A DNA stretch of 64,000 nucleotides from an uncultured archaeon. Lineage in GTDB: Archaea > Thermoplasmatota > Thermoplasmata > Thermoplasmatales > Thermoplasmataceae. Below are positions 9,002 to 19,115 of this stretch, one piece after another. Positions within the stretch are counted from its first letter, which is position 1. Every line of letters starts with the position of its first letter. The DNA lies in NCBI GenBank assembly GCA_000965745.1, contig CP009479.1, forward strand, positions 1,728,001 to 1,792,000, given 5' to 3'. The notes beneath the pieces were generated by a model. The model saw nothing but the letters and a program-made list of their open reading frames with translations. It was not told the DNA's origin and did not search any database. The position numbers and the translations under genes are program-made.

Positions 9002-10279
9002 ATGTCTGGCAGACTGCATATCCCTCCACCTTTCCAGGAAAGAGAAGGCCGCCTGTATCTTGATGGCCTTGACCTTGTTGAAATAGCTTCCAGGTATGGA
9101 ACGCCCGTTTACGTCACTTCATCAGGAAGGATCAGGGAGAATTACAGGAGAATTTACAGTGCATTCAAGGAGAGGTATGATAATTTTTCCGTGAAATACG
9201 CAGTCAAAGCAAATTCAAATCCACACATAATCTCGGTCCTGGCAGAAGAAGGGGCAGGAGCTGATGTCTCCAACCTGAACGAGCTTCTTATTGCAGAAAA
9301 GTCAGGCATTCCCGCAAAGCAGATCCTCATGTCGCCCAACAACCTCAGCAGGGAGGAACTTGCTAAAGCCTCCAGCAGGGGTGTTGCGATTAACTTTGAC
9401 GACATAGGCCAAATGGAAATCATTTCAGACAGCCTTCCGAGTTTAGTTTCGTTCAGGGTAAACCCCGGCATCGGCAGGGGAGAATTTCCCGGAACAGTAA
9501 CTGCGGGCCCGGACGCCAAGTTTGGAATCCCTGAGGATCACGTTATTGAAGCGTACAGGAAAGCGAAGGATCACGGTGTCAGAAGATTCGGCATCCAGAT
9601 GATGACCGGTTCCAACGTTCTGGATTCCGGCTATTTTGGTGCGATAACATCAAAATTATTTGACATAACAAGAAGAATAAGCGATCATGCAGGCATTGAT
9701 TTTGAATTCGTGGACATAGGTGGAGGCTTTGGCGTCCCATACAGGCCTGATGAAAAGGCACTCCCGATCGATGTTGTGGCCGGGGAAGTGTCCAGAGGCC
9801 TGAAGGATAAGTTCGCTTCCGTTGGAAAACCTCTCCCTGCACTCTTTGTGGAGCCTGGCAGGTATCTTGTTGCGGATTCGACGGTGCTGCTCGGCAGAAT
9901 AACAAACGTGAAGTCATATGGAAAGACATTCATCGGGACTGATGTGGGGATGAATACGCTACTGAGGCCCGCACTTTATGGAGCATACCATCCGGTTTCG
10001 ATTGCCAACAAGCTCGATCATGAAGCCAAAATCACTGCAGATGTTGTAGGGCAGATCTGTGAAAACACTGACCGGATTGCCCTTGACAGACGCCTCCCCG
10101 ATGTTGAGGAGGGAGATATACTGGCAGTTTTCAATGCCGGGGCATACGGATTCAGCATGAGCAACCAGTTTAATGGCCACGGAAAGCCCGCTGAAGTCCT
10201 GGTCTCCGACGGTAAAGACAAGCTCATAAGGAGAAGGGAAAACATAGATGATCTACTGCAGACCGTGGTCCACGATTAA
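9002..10279 (+). CDS. lysA: Diaminopimelate decarboxylase
   Basis: GTPVYV, YAVKAN (PLP Lys), RVNP, KFG, DIGGGFG, EPGRYLV, LRPALYGAYH, GQICENTD, GAYGFSM. Confidence 0.93.
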   Translation: MSGRLHIPPPFQEREGRLYLDGLDLVEIASRYGTPVYVTSSGRIRENYRRIYSAFKERYDNFSVKYAVKANSNPHIISVLAEEGAGADVSNLNELLIAEKSGIPAKQILMSPNNLSREELAKASSRGVAINFDDIGQMEIISDSLPSLVSFRVNPGIGRGEFPGTVTAGPDAKFGIPEDHVIEAYRKAKDHGVRRFGIQMMTGSNVLDSGYFGAITSKLFDITRRISDHAGIDFEFVDIGGGFGVPYRPDEKALPIDVVAGEVSRGLKDKFASVGKPLPALFVEPGRYLVADSTVLLGRITNVKSYGKTFIGTDVGMNTLLRPALYGAYHPVSIANKLDHEAKITADVVGQICENTDRIALDRRLPDVEEGDILAVFNAGAYGFSMSNQFNGHGKPAEVLVSDGKDKLIRRRENIDDLLQTVVHD

Positions 10280-10325
10280 AAAAATTGAAAATATGATTTA
10301 AAAAAATATAAAAAATATTTTATTG
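10280..10325 (-). terminator. T-tract terminator region between convergent lysA and SBP gene
   Basis: Several A5-A7 runs on +, i.e. oligo-T on the minus strand directly after the SBP stop. Confidence 0.5.
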
Positions 10326-10326
10326 G

Positions 10327-13122
10327 TTACGTGTAGGACAGGTACTGATACAGCATTATGTTGTCCCCGGCAACCATGATATTCTCCTCGTACGTTGTGA
10401 TCGCAGTCGGATTAATCTGAGGGCTTATCTCCCTCCACTGGATTTCCTGAACGATCGGAATGGTCAGCGTCAGATTCACGAACTCGCCGTTCATTTTCTG
10501 GAACCAGTACTTGGACTGATCCGGAGTGAGTGCTGCCGATCCATTGTTGTAATCATTCACAAGGCTCTGCAGGGACATGGCCTCAGTCTTGTTCTGGTAT
10601 GAATTCGACGTGTTGCCATAGATCCAGTACGGAGTCATGTCAGACGGCCCGACGAAGGTGGACCCGTTTGTAGGCAGTGCTATTGGAGCCAGGTAGTCCG
10701 TGGGGTACGGGTAATCCGGATACCAGTCCTGGATGAATATCGGCATCGGGTTCCCGTTCGGAACGTCGTATGCATTCCTGACTATCCCAGTTACCTGCTG
10801 TATAGTCAGTTTAATGCCAGTCAGGTTGGAGACTGCACTTGCCCATACCGGCAGCATGCCTATATCTGAGGTCTTCTGCGTAAGGATAAATACCGGTATC
10901 TGGACCTGTTTGCTGTTGTACATTGCCTTTCCGCCTGAATATGTTATTCCGAGGTTATTGGACCCATTAAGGAAGTAGTTCCAGTATTGTTTGGCAAGCG
11001 TAGGACTGAAGTAAGGCACCGCCGAACCAGATGCATTCAGCTGAGCCGGTGACTGTGCATACAGCATTCCTGCTGGGAGTGCTCCCGCGAAGCTCTGTCC
11101 GAATTTTGTGTGGTAAATAGAGTTTCCCAGTTCGTAATTAAGGTAGTACTGGTCATTGAATGCATATGAAAGTGCTTTCCTCACATTCAGGTCAGAGAAC
11201 AGATTTGAGGGCATATTGGCCTGAGAATCAATGTTCTTTGTCAGCATGGTTGTGTTAACATTGGCATTGAATGCGTACCACCATATCCCAAGGGATGGAT
11301 ATCCATAAGGCTTTGCCGCTCCACTGTTGTTCAGTGCCTGGACATCATTCCAGTTTGCTGTCGGGATGCTTGTTCCCTGAGCCTGTCCTGATTTGACTGC
11401 CAGGTAAGCCTGTGAAGGCGAGTTGATGTAGTTTATCACAATCTCGTGTATCTTCGGCTTGGGGTCCCAGGACCCTGGTGACGTGAATTCCGGATTTGCA
11501 ACCAGAACAACCTGTGAGCTCGGGCTGATATATGCTATCTTATATGGCCCCGTGGCCAGTACATGGTTCTCCACATACTGGTTGTAATTCCCCGAATCTG
11601 CCTGCGACTGGTAGTTCTTGAATCCCTGCGGTGACCACTTTATCCCCGCACCATGTGCTTCAAGCCACTTTGCACTTGTAATCCATGTTCCGCTGGTTTC
11701 CAGTATCTGGAAAACAAGGGCTGCAGGCATTGAGTTCTGGAAATGGAATGTTATTGAGTTTGTATTGTTGTTCACTGTCATGTTGTTCGTGATGTTGTAG
11801 AATGTATTGCTTGAGAAATAGTCTCCCGGAAGCAGATACTGTGCCTGAATCCATCCCGGTGTCCCTGGTGATCCGCCGTCAAAGAGCAGAGTCCTGGTGA
11901 ATGAGTACATTACATCCCATGCCGTAACAGGAGATCCATCCTGGAATGAGGCGTTCTGCCTTATCTGGAATGTAAAGTTCTGTGACGGCCTGAGGTGAAC
12001 AGTGTATGTGGTTCCCCACGGGGTTGTCTCAGTGTAGTTCTTTGAGTTGTTGTTAACCATGCCGTTTGCCATTGACGGCACTGCAGTGGCGAGGGCAGGC
12101 AGGAATGAAGTTGCCGATGACTTGTTGAAAGTAAGCAGCCATTGAGCTGTGTTGTCCAGTATGCTGTATCCAAGAAGATCATAGTTGATAGCCGGGTCGA
12201 GTGTTGTATAACCTCCAGGTGCAACCTGATCGTTCACAAAGATGGAGTTGCTGGTTGGAGGCTGATAAAGTACCGCGTTTTTAAACACCGGCACATCAGT
12301 GTAGTAATTTGTGCTGTGAAGCCCCATGGATACGTTAAGCGCGCCTGTGGTTGTGTTGGCAACATCTGCAGTGTACGTTGTGACTTCTATCACATAGTAC
12401 CCTTCCTTCATTCCACTCATGTTGAGAAGTGAAGATGAGGATGGAAGCTCATATACACCGGAACTCGAATTGAACGAATAACCAAGCTGTTCAGATCTCA
12501 TGATGGATCCGTTAAGGTACAAATTGGCTGTCTGGCTGACAACCTGGAAACTCGAATTTGAAGGCTGTGTGAAATATCCTATCAGGAATGATGCATGTGA
12601 GCCCGGGGAAAAGACCGTGGTCTGATTGATCTCAGGCTGACTTGACCCGGACTGAACCAGGTTTACAAGACCTATCGATGAATACTGGTCCAGTGATGAA
12701 CTGGTGGCTATGACCTTCACCATTGAACCGCTTCCCTCATACACTGAATTTCCAAAGTTGATTGTGTAGTATATGTAATAGGTTCCAGGGTGTTCATAGA
12801 CGTGCGAAACAGATATGTTGGTAGTTCCGGAATAGTATATCTTAGTCTGTGTGTGGTCTCCAAAATAGACAGTCATGTCCTTGAATACTCCATTAGCATG
12901 CACTGTGAAATTATACGTGCTGCCCGTGGCTGTTGACGATGCAGCGCTGGCTACATTCGCGGAACTTCCCCGGGCCGTAGAATGACCGAAATTCAGTACG
13001 GCAAGTCCGGCGATTATGATGACCAGCACCACAATTACCGCAAGGAGCGCCCTGCTCCCTGAACCTCTCCCCGCTGGTGGTCCAGCCGGGCCAGGTACAA
13101 TCGGATCTTTTGTATCTGTCAT
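10327..13122 (-). CDS. Family 5 ABC substrate-binding protein (peptide/oligosaccharide) with N-terminal TM anchor and PKD domain
   Basis: Hydrophobic anchor, VYFGD..HVY..PG.Y PKD motif, TLDPA, FQDGSPVTAWDVMYSFTR, ATGPYKI, VRKALSYA, WYPDYP; many N-x-S/T sequons. Confidence 0.9.
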   Translation of the reverse strand: MTDTKDPIVPGPAGPPAGRGSGSRALLAVIVVLVIIIAGLAVLNFGHSTARGSSANVASAASSTATGSTYNFTVHANGVFKDMTVYFGDHTQTKIYYSGTTNISVSHVYEHPGTYYIYYTINFGNSVYEGSGSMVKVIATSSSLDQYSSIGLVNLVQSGSSQPEINQTTVFSPGSHASFLIGYFTQPSNSSFQVVSQTANLYLNGSIMRSEQLGYSFNSSSGVYELPSSSSLLNMSGMKEGYYVIEVTTYTADVANTTTGALNVSMGLHSTNYYTDVPVFKNAVLYQPPTSNSIFVNDQVAPGGYTTLDPAINYDLLGYSILDNTAQWLLTFNKSSATSFLPALATAVPSMANGMVNNNSKNYTETTPWGTTYTVHLRPSQNFTFQIRQNASFQDGSPVTAWDVMYSFTRTLLFDGGSPGTPGWIQAQYLLPGDYFSSNTFYNITNNMTVNNNTNSITFHFQNSMPAALVFQILETSGTWITSAKWLEAHGAGIKWSPQGFKNYQSQADSGNYNQYVENHVLATGPYKIAYISPSSQVVLVANPEFTSPGSWDPKPKIHEIVINYINSPSQAYLAVKSGQAQGTSIPTANWNDVQALNNSGAAKPYGYPSLGIWWYAFNANVNTTMLTKNIDSQANMPSNLFSDLNVRKALSYAFNDQYYLNYELGNSIYHTKFGQSFAGALPAGMLYAQSPAQLNASGSAVPYFSPTLAKQYWNYFLNGSNNLGITYSGGKAMYNSKQVQIPVFILTQKTSDIGMLPVWASAVSNLTGIKLTIQQVTGIVRNAYDVPNGNPMPIFIQDWYPDYPYPTDYLAPIALPTNGSTFVGPSDMTPYWIYGNTSNSYQNKTEAMSLQSLVNDYNNGSAALTPDQSKYWFQKMNGEFVNLTLTIPIVQEIQWREISPQINPTAITTYEENIMVAGDNIMLYQYLSYT

Positions 13123-13150
13123 TTGTTATCATGGGGGTAAAAAGTTCCAA

Positions 13151-13158
13151 TATATAAA
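13151..13158 (-). promoter_or_regulatory. TATA box of SBP gene
   Basis: TTTATATA on the minus strand ~30 nt upstream of the ATG at 13122. Confidence 0.5.
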
Positions 13159-13262
13159 ATTCTGTTTTCGTTTCTATAATCCGAATATCGTTATAAACCA
13201 GTCAGTCAGAGAGAGGTTACGAAATAATATAATGCCGCCTATCCATGTAATCCCTGATTAAC

Positions 13263-14198
13263 ATGAGCATCAAATCAATTGACGGCTGGAATTTTGACAG
13301 AATACATTTTTCCTGGAAACCCTCCATGGAACCAATTGATAGCGTTAAAGACGGTGAGGAATTCGAGGTAAGCGTGCCGGATTCATCAACAATGCAGGTT
13401 AAGGAAGACTGGACTACCAGTGATATGGATCATCTGGATACCAGCAAATTCGATGGAGCAGTAGGCCCTGTTTACGTTGAAGGCGCCGAGGCCGGAGATG
13501 TTCTGGAGGTAGAAATCGTGGATATAAAAACCGGAAGATGGGGATGGACATCCATTCAACCAGACTTTGGCTTCATCAAGAAAAGGTTCCAGAACAGGCT
13601 GATCATCTGGAAGATACAGGACGGGGTTGCTTATACAGATGATGATTTTCTCAAAGGTGTCAGGATAGAGGCAAAACCGTTCCTCGGAGTTACAGGCGTA
13701 GCACCTGGGAGCGGGGAGTACGGCATGATACCGCCTCAGTACTTCGGGGGCAACATGGATAACCATCTTCTTGTCAAGGGTGCAAAATTGTATCTTCCGG
13801 TTCACCAGAAAGGCGCCCTCCTATCCGTCTCAGATCCACATGCTTCCCAGGGCGATGGTGAGGTTTGTGGGACGGCAATAGAGACAAGCGCCAATGTAAC
13901 TCTCCGGGTGAGCGTCCTGAAGGGCAGGAATATGAAATTTCCCAGGGCTGTTTCACCCTATACAGACACTGATGAAAAAATCGTGGCTATGGGGATTGCC
14001 CCCGATCTTAAGGAGGCCGCATCAATTGCCGTCGACAGCATGATCGAGGAGTTGCAGACGAAAGGGTTTACCGATGAGGAGGCTTATGCCCTGATGAGCG
14101 TGGCTGGCGACCTCAGGATCTCCGAGGTTGTCGATGAGCCCAACTTTGTTGTATCTGCAACCATGGCTGCCAGGTACGCCAGAAGGGAGCGGGATTAA
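13263..14198 (+). CDS. Acetamidase/formamidase family protein
   Basis: GPVYVEGAEAGDVL, PFLGV.GVAP, GGNMD, HASQGDGEVCGTAIE. Confidence 0.92.
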   Translation: MSIKSIDGWNFDRIHFSWKPSMEPIDSVKDGEEFEVSVPDSSTMQVKEDWTTSDMDHLDTSKFDGAVGPVYVEGAEAGDVLEVEIVDIKTGRWGWTSIQPDFGFIKKRFQNRLIIWKIQDGVAYTDDDFLKGVRIEAKPFLGVTGVAPGSGEYGMIPPQYFGGNMDNHLLVKGAKLYLPVHQKGALLSVSDPHASQGDGEVCGTAIETSANVTLRVSVLKGRNMKFPRAVSPYTDTDEKIVAMGIAPDLKEAASIAVDSMIEELQTKGFTDEEAYALMSVAGDLRISEVVDEPNFVVSATMAARYARRERD

Positions 14199-16832
14199 CT
14201 ATCCCGGAATCCCTCCCTTCCTGTATTTTACAAGTTTTACAATTTCCATCCAGAAAGATGACAGTACAGAGGCTGCAATGATCATCAGCCAGTCCGGAAC
14301 CGTCAGGGAAGCTGTGCTGAGCAGCACCTGCAGTTCCGGAAATATTGTTATCACTGCCAGTGCCATGACCACTCCAACTCCCCAGAGAACTATTATCCTG
14401 TTTGAGAAAAACCCTTTCCTTAGAACAGGCTCCCTTTCCGTCCGCAGATTCTGTGCCAGGAAAACGTGTGAGAGGACCCATGTCGCGAATGCCGCCGTCT
14501 GTGCTTCTATTACGTTTCCGGTAACAAAGTAGGAGTACAGATAGATGAATGTCACAGCAACTACAAGCCCGGCAGATCCAAAGATTATGCCGGTCTTCAT
14601 GCTTCTGCCCAGGAACTTGCTTCCTGTTCCATGGGGAGGCTGGTCCATTATTCCGCTCTCTCCGCGTTCGGAGACGAATCCACCCAGAGCCGCCACGTCC
14701 ATGAACAGCTCGATGACAATGATCTGTATGGGTGAGAACGGAAATGGAATGGAAAGGAGCAGTGGAATTACAAAAATGGAGACAAGAGACATCTTCACCG
14801 TTATGTAGTACCTGACCCCCTTTCTCAGCGTGTGGAATATCTTCCTCCCCTCCCTCACGGCATCAACGATCGTTGAAAAGTTGTCGTCCATGAGGACCAT
14901 GTCCGAAGCTTCCTTGGCCACGTCGGTCCCGCGTATTCCCATGGATATTCCTATCTGGGCTGTCTGAAGGGCCGGCGAATCGTTAACACCGTCTCCGGTC
15001 ACCGCGACTATCTGGTCAAGCCCCTCCAGGAGTTTCACTATCCTGAGCTTGTCCTCTGATGTTATCCTGGCAAAGACCGAGACTTTTCCGAGCTCCTCAC
15101 TGAGGAGATCATCATCCATGTCCTGCAATTGGGTTCCGGTGATCACACGCCCAGTGTGGTTTATTCCCACACTGTTCGCGATGGACCTCGCTGTCCGGGG
15201 GTGGTCTCCCGTAAGCATGATCACCCTGATACCTGCGTTCTGGCATCTCCTGATGGCGCTCTTTATTTCAGGCCTCGGAGGATCAACAAAACTTATAAGG
15301 CCTGCAAAAGTCAGGTCACGTTCGAGGCTTTCCCTCGTGTCCTCCGGATCGATCCCCTCCCTGAAAGATACAGCGATGATCCTTTCGCCCATTTCAGTCA
15401 GGTATTCAACAGATTCCAGTATTCTTTCACGGTCAGCATTTGTGATTTCCCTTGCCACATTGTTCTCATAGATCCGTGCGGAACTCTCAACCACAACTTC
15501 CGGTGCACCACTGACATATATCGCGTTCTCCCTGTCCTCGCGATAAATGTAGGATGACATCTTTATCCTGTTGTCGAAGCCGAATTCCTCGATGACTTCA
15601 AACCTCGATCGAAGATGGCCTATATCCGCACCTATTCTGTTTGCATATTCCAGAACTGCCACCTCCATTGGGTCCTTGTATTTTGACGACACCCGGATGT
15701 CAGAAAGGAGTGTGCCGGTGCACAGCACTCCTATGTCCATGAATTCTGTGGGCGGAACACTGGAACTCTCCTTCATTTCCCCGTTGAAGTATGTATGCCC
15801 GACGTTCATCCTGTTCTCGGTGATTGTGCCGGTCTTGTCGGTTGCAATCACGGTGACATTCCCAAGGGTCTCCGCTGCCCTCAGGCTCCTGACTATTGCA
15901 TTCTTCCTCGACAGCGCGTAGGCACCCACTGCCAGCGTGACAGAGATGACGATGGGTAGCTCTTCCGGTACGGTGGCGAACGCCATCGAGAGTGCTGTTA
16001 TTATCATCAGGTCCAGTGGCTGACCCTCGAAGTATCCTATCAGTGGTATTGACACGCTGAAGAATATTGCAACAAACGCCAGGATGAAGGCAAGCTTATT
16101 CATCGACTCTTCAAGGGGTGTCTCAGGCTCCTCAGCTTCCTCAACCAGCTGGGATATCCTCCCGATCTCAGTATTCCTGCCCGTGCCGGTTACTATCATC
16201 TTCGCGGTTCCCTGCACCATGAGTGTCCCGGAAAATACCATGTTGAAGAGATCCGCGATCTGGCTGCCCTCCGGAATCCTGTCATAAAACTTGCTTACTG
16301 GAAAGGATTCACCCGTAAGGGAGGATTCGTCCACTTTCGTGTTGTAGGAGTCTATGAGCCTCCCATCGGCCGGGATACGGTCCCCCGCGGAAAGAATAAG
16401 GACGTCACCGGGAACAATGTACCTGCTCTTGATTTCTGTTAATTTCCGGCCCCTGTATACCACGGAGGAGAGTGAGGTGAGAGCCTTGAGCGCTTCCATG
16501 GACTTCCTTGCCCTGTTTATGTTGAACACTTCTATGATGACCACCAGCAGGACAATGACTACGATGGTGAGGGAATCGGCAGGATTGCCTATGAAGGAAT
16601 AGATGACGGCCACAACAACCAGTATTATGATCATGGGTTCCCGGATTTCCTCCAGAAGAACATCGAGGAAACCCTTCTTTTTTGCCTCGGTGAGCCGGTT
16701 CTGGCCGAACTGCTTCAGGCGTTTGTCTGCATCATCCTGAGTGAGGCCGCCCTCAGGATCAGTGTGAAGGGAGGATATGAATTCATGCAGCTCCAGGTGA
16801 GAAACTGCAACGGGATCTGCTTTATCTGTCAT
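14199..16832 (-). CDS. Cation-transporting P-type ATPase (P2A/Ca2+-like)
   Basis: DESSLTGES, VPEELP, DKTGTIT, DPPR, TGDH, TGDGVNDSPAL, DDNFSTIV. Confidence 0.93.
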   Translation of the reverse strand: MTDKADPVAVSHLELHEFISSLHTDPEGGLTQDDADKRLKQFGQNRLTEAKKKGFLDVLLEEIREPMIIILVVVAVIYSFIGNPADSLTIVVIVLLVVIIEVFNINRARKSMEALKALTSLSSVVYRGRKLTEIKSRYIVPGDVLILSAGDRIPADGRLIDSYNTKVDESSLTGESFPVSKFYDRIPEGSQIADLFNMVFSGTLMVQGTAKMIVTGTGRNTEIGRISQLVEEAEEPETPLEESMNKLAFILAFVAIFFSVSIPLIGYFEGQPLDLMIITALSMAFATVPEELPIVISVTLAVGAYALSRKNAIVRSLRAAETLGNVTVIATDKTGTITENRMNVGHTYFNGEMKESSSVPPTEFMDIGVLCTGTLLSDIRVSSKYKDPMEVAVLEYANRIGADIGHLRSRFEVIEEFGFDNRIKMSSYIYREDRENAIYVSGAPEVVVESSARIYENNVAREITNADRERILESVEYLTEMGERIIAVSFREGIDPEDTRESLERDLTFAGLISFVDPPRPEIKSAIRRCQNAGIRVIMLTGDHPRTARSIANSVGINHTGRVITGTQLQDMDDDLLSEELGKVSVFARITSEDKLRIVKLLEGLDQIVAVTGDGVNDSPALQTAQIGISMGIRGTDVAKEASDMVLMDDNFSTIVDAVREGRKIFHTLRKGVRYYITVKMSLVSIFVIPLLLSIPFPFSPIQIIVIELFMDVAALGGFVSERGESGIMDQPPHGTGSKFLGRSMKTGIIFGSAGLVVAVTFIYLYSYFVTGNVIEAQTAAFATWVLSHVFLAQNLRTEREPVLRKGFFSNRIIVLWGVGVVMALAVITIFPELQVLLSTASLTVPDWLMIIAASVLSSFWMEIVKLVKYRKGGIPG

Positions 16833-16935
16833 CAGAACAGGGAAATATGTTGACTCTGTTCATAAGGGCCATACCGAACATGTTATGAAACAGTTCGATA
16901 TCTTTAAACAGGAGCATAAACCGCCACAATTCAAC

Positions 16936-18471
16936 TCATTCCGCACTGTAAATTTTTCTTCCTTTCACGTAGGTCTCAAGCACCTTCAAATTGCGAAGTT
17001 CATTGAAGTCCAGGGTCATCGGGTCCATACCCACAACGATGAAGTCGGCCATGTTTCCCTCCCTCAGGGACCCGATTTCGTCATCCAGTACAGCCTTCGC
17101 AGATCCTTCCGTGTAAAGTTCTATGGATTTGCTTACGCTGAGCCTCTCATCATCTGTAACCTGCCCGAGTAAAGTCCCTTCCGATCTCCCCCTGGTTGCT
17201 GCTGCATAAACCGTTTCCCATGGATTCAGCGGCTCAACCGGGGAATCGGTCGACAGTGCCATGTCAAGACCTCTTGAAAGGAGTGTCCTGAAAGGATATG
17301 CCATCTTTGCCCTGGATCTGCCAATCCTGTCCAGGGTCCAGAAGTCTGTAATGATGAAATGTGGCTGCACCACGAGCATCGGCGATATCAACTCAAGCTC
17401 ATCCATCTGGTCCTGCCTGATGAGTGATGCATGCTCGATCCTGTGTTTCCCCTTCAGCTTCCTGTACACTTCTATAACGTTGTCCAGGGCCTTGTCCCCT
17501 ATGGCGTGTGTGGCAATGTGCAGACCTTTTTCCTCGGCTTTTCTTGCAAGCTCCAGCATCTTCGCCTGGCCTGTTATCTCAATTCCACGGTTGTCAGGAT
17601 CATCCCTGTATGAGAACGAAAGCAGTGCGGTCTTGGTCCCCAGGGAACCATCGGCAAAGATCTTCACGCCCACCACCCTCAGCATATCATCATTCTCGAA
17701 TCCCTTGAAGTTGTCAAGTTCATCCGCATTCAGGTAGGCCCTGACCCTCACGTTGAGGCTCCCCTCTCTCCTCATGCGTTCAAGGAACTTCAGGGACCCA
17801 AGTGAGCAGCTCACGAAGCCCACAGTGGTAACTCCCAGCCTCGCAGCCTCATTGAGTGCGTCTATCAGCATAGTACAGCTCTGGTCCTCCTCGCATTTCT
17901 CCTTTATGGCGCGGTCAACGTATTCGAATGCTTTCTCCCTCACCACTCCAGTCAACTCGCCTTCACTCATCTCAAGGTCGCCGGACCTGTGAAACCTGTC
18001 TTTCAGCTCGAGCATATCAATCGCCTTGGTATTCAGCACAGCAGAATGGAGGTCCACCCTGCTCAGGTACACAGGCCTCTCCTTCTCTATCTCTTCAATA
18101 TCCATCCTGGTTGGCATCCTGTGCTCCTTGAACCTGTGCTCGTCCCAGCCATGCCCGATCACCCACCCCATCATGCCATGGGATCCCCTGATCTTTGCCT
18201 GCAGCTCAGTGATGGATGATACGCCTACGAGATCTATCTCGTTAAGGTACTCGCCAAAATTGTCCAGGTGCATGTGTGCGTCGATGAACCCCGGGAGGAT
18301 CACCCTTCCCTTCAAATCAACAACTTCAGCGTCCTTTCCGGCCTTACTGCGCATGCTGCCCTCTTTTCCAAGAGCGGTTATTCTGCCGTCCCGGACAACC
18401 ATCGCCTCGACATGCCCGATCGGATCAAACGATGTAAAAATCTTCGCGTTTGTAAAAATGGTGTCTGCCAT
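16936..18471 (-). CDS. Amidohydrolase 3 family (YtcJ-like) metal-dependent hydrolase
   Basis: PGFIDAHMH, KIFADGSLG, HAIGD, RIEHAS, STDSPV; start placed at MADTIF after a GAGGGG SD-like sequence. Confidence 0.88.
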   Translation of the reverse strand: MADTIFTNAKIFTSFDPIGHVEAMVVRDGRITALGKEGSMRSKAGKDAEVVDLKGRVILPGFIDAHMHLDNFGEYLNEIDLVGVSSITELQAKIRGSHGMMGWVIGHGWDEHRFKEHRMPTRMDIEEIEKERPVYLSRVDLHSAVLNTKAIDMLELKDRFHRSGDLEMSEGELTGVVREKAFEYVDRAIKEKCEEDQSCTMLIDALNEAARLGVTTVGFVSCSLGSLKFLERMRREGSLNVRVRAYLNADELDNFKGFENDDMLRVVGVKIFADGSLGTKTALLSFSYRDDPDNRGIEITGQAKMLELARKAEEKGLHIATHAIGDKALDNVIEVYRKLKGKHRIEHASLIRQDQMDELELISPMLVVQPHFIITDFWTLDRIGRSRAKMAYPFRTLLSRGLDMALSTDSPVEPLNPWETVYAAATRGRSEGTLLGQVTDDERLSVSKSIELYTEGSAKAVLDDEIGSLREGNMADFIVVGMDPMTLDFNELRNLKVLETYVKGRKIYSAE

Positions 18472-18542
18472 TCTCCCCCTCTTATGAAAAGTACCTACTA
18501 CCATATTAAGGCTTGAGGCTTAAGATGTAGGCTCAGAACAGT

Positions 18543-19031
18543 TTACTGGCGCCAGACCCTTATTCTCCAGACATAGAGCAGGCTGATGACGTAGTTCAAC
18601 GGATAAGCCGCCAGGGCTCCGCCAATGTTTGCAATGACCGGGTTGATTCCAAAGTTGTAATAGATAAGCAACTGTACAATAATTCCAACAGCACTGCCAG
18701 CCGCGTATATCAGCTCAAACTTGATGAGCCGGATTAACAGGCCCACCCTTTCCCCGCCATGATTGCCCTCATTCCTCACAGTCCACCATTCATTGGCGAG
18801 GAAGCCGAAGGCAACACTGAAGAAGACTGCCGCAACATTGATCGGGATTATGTAGTAAACTCCGAATGCGAAAAGCCCCCATGCAAGGATTGCTTCCTCA
18901 AGGCCAAAGGATATTATGCTCACAGTGGAGAATTTTGATCCTCTTATGATGTTTGAAATCAGTACCCTGTACTTTCCTTTCTCCATGAGTATCATCTCCT
19001 CTTCGGCATGTTTGAGGACCCGACGGCGCAA
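18543..19031 (-). CDS. GtrA-like small membrane protein
   Basis: Four hydrophobic segments with KF..V, FLANEWWT, RLIKF, NYVIS..YVW pattern. Confidence 0.7.
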   Translation of the reverse strand: MRRRVLKHAEEEMILMEKGKYRVLISNIIRGSKFSTVSIISFGLEEAILAWGLFAFGVYYIIPINVAAVFFSVAFGFLANEWWTVRNEGNHGGERVGLLIRLIKFELIYAAGSAVGIIVQLLIYYNFGINPVIANIGGALAAYPLNYVISLLYVWRIRVWRQ

Positions 19032-19115
19032 CTCAAAGAACGGCCTGCCATGGGCAATATTTATTGCCGCCCAAGCTTAAAAATGTTGCAACTCAAATAT
19101 TCCATAACGTTCGAG

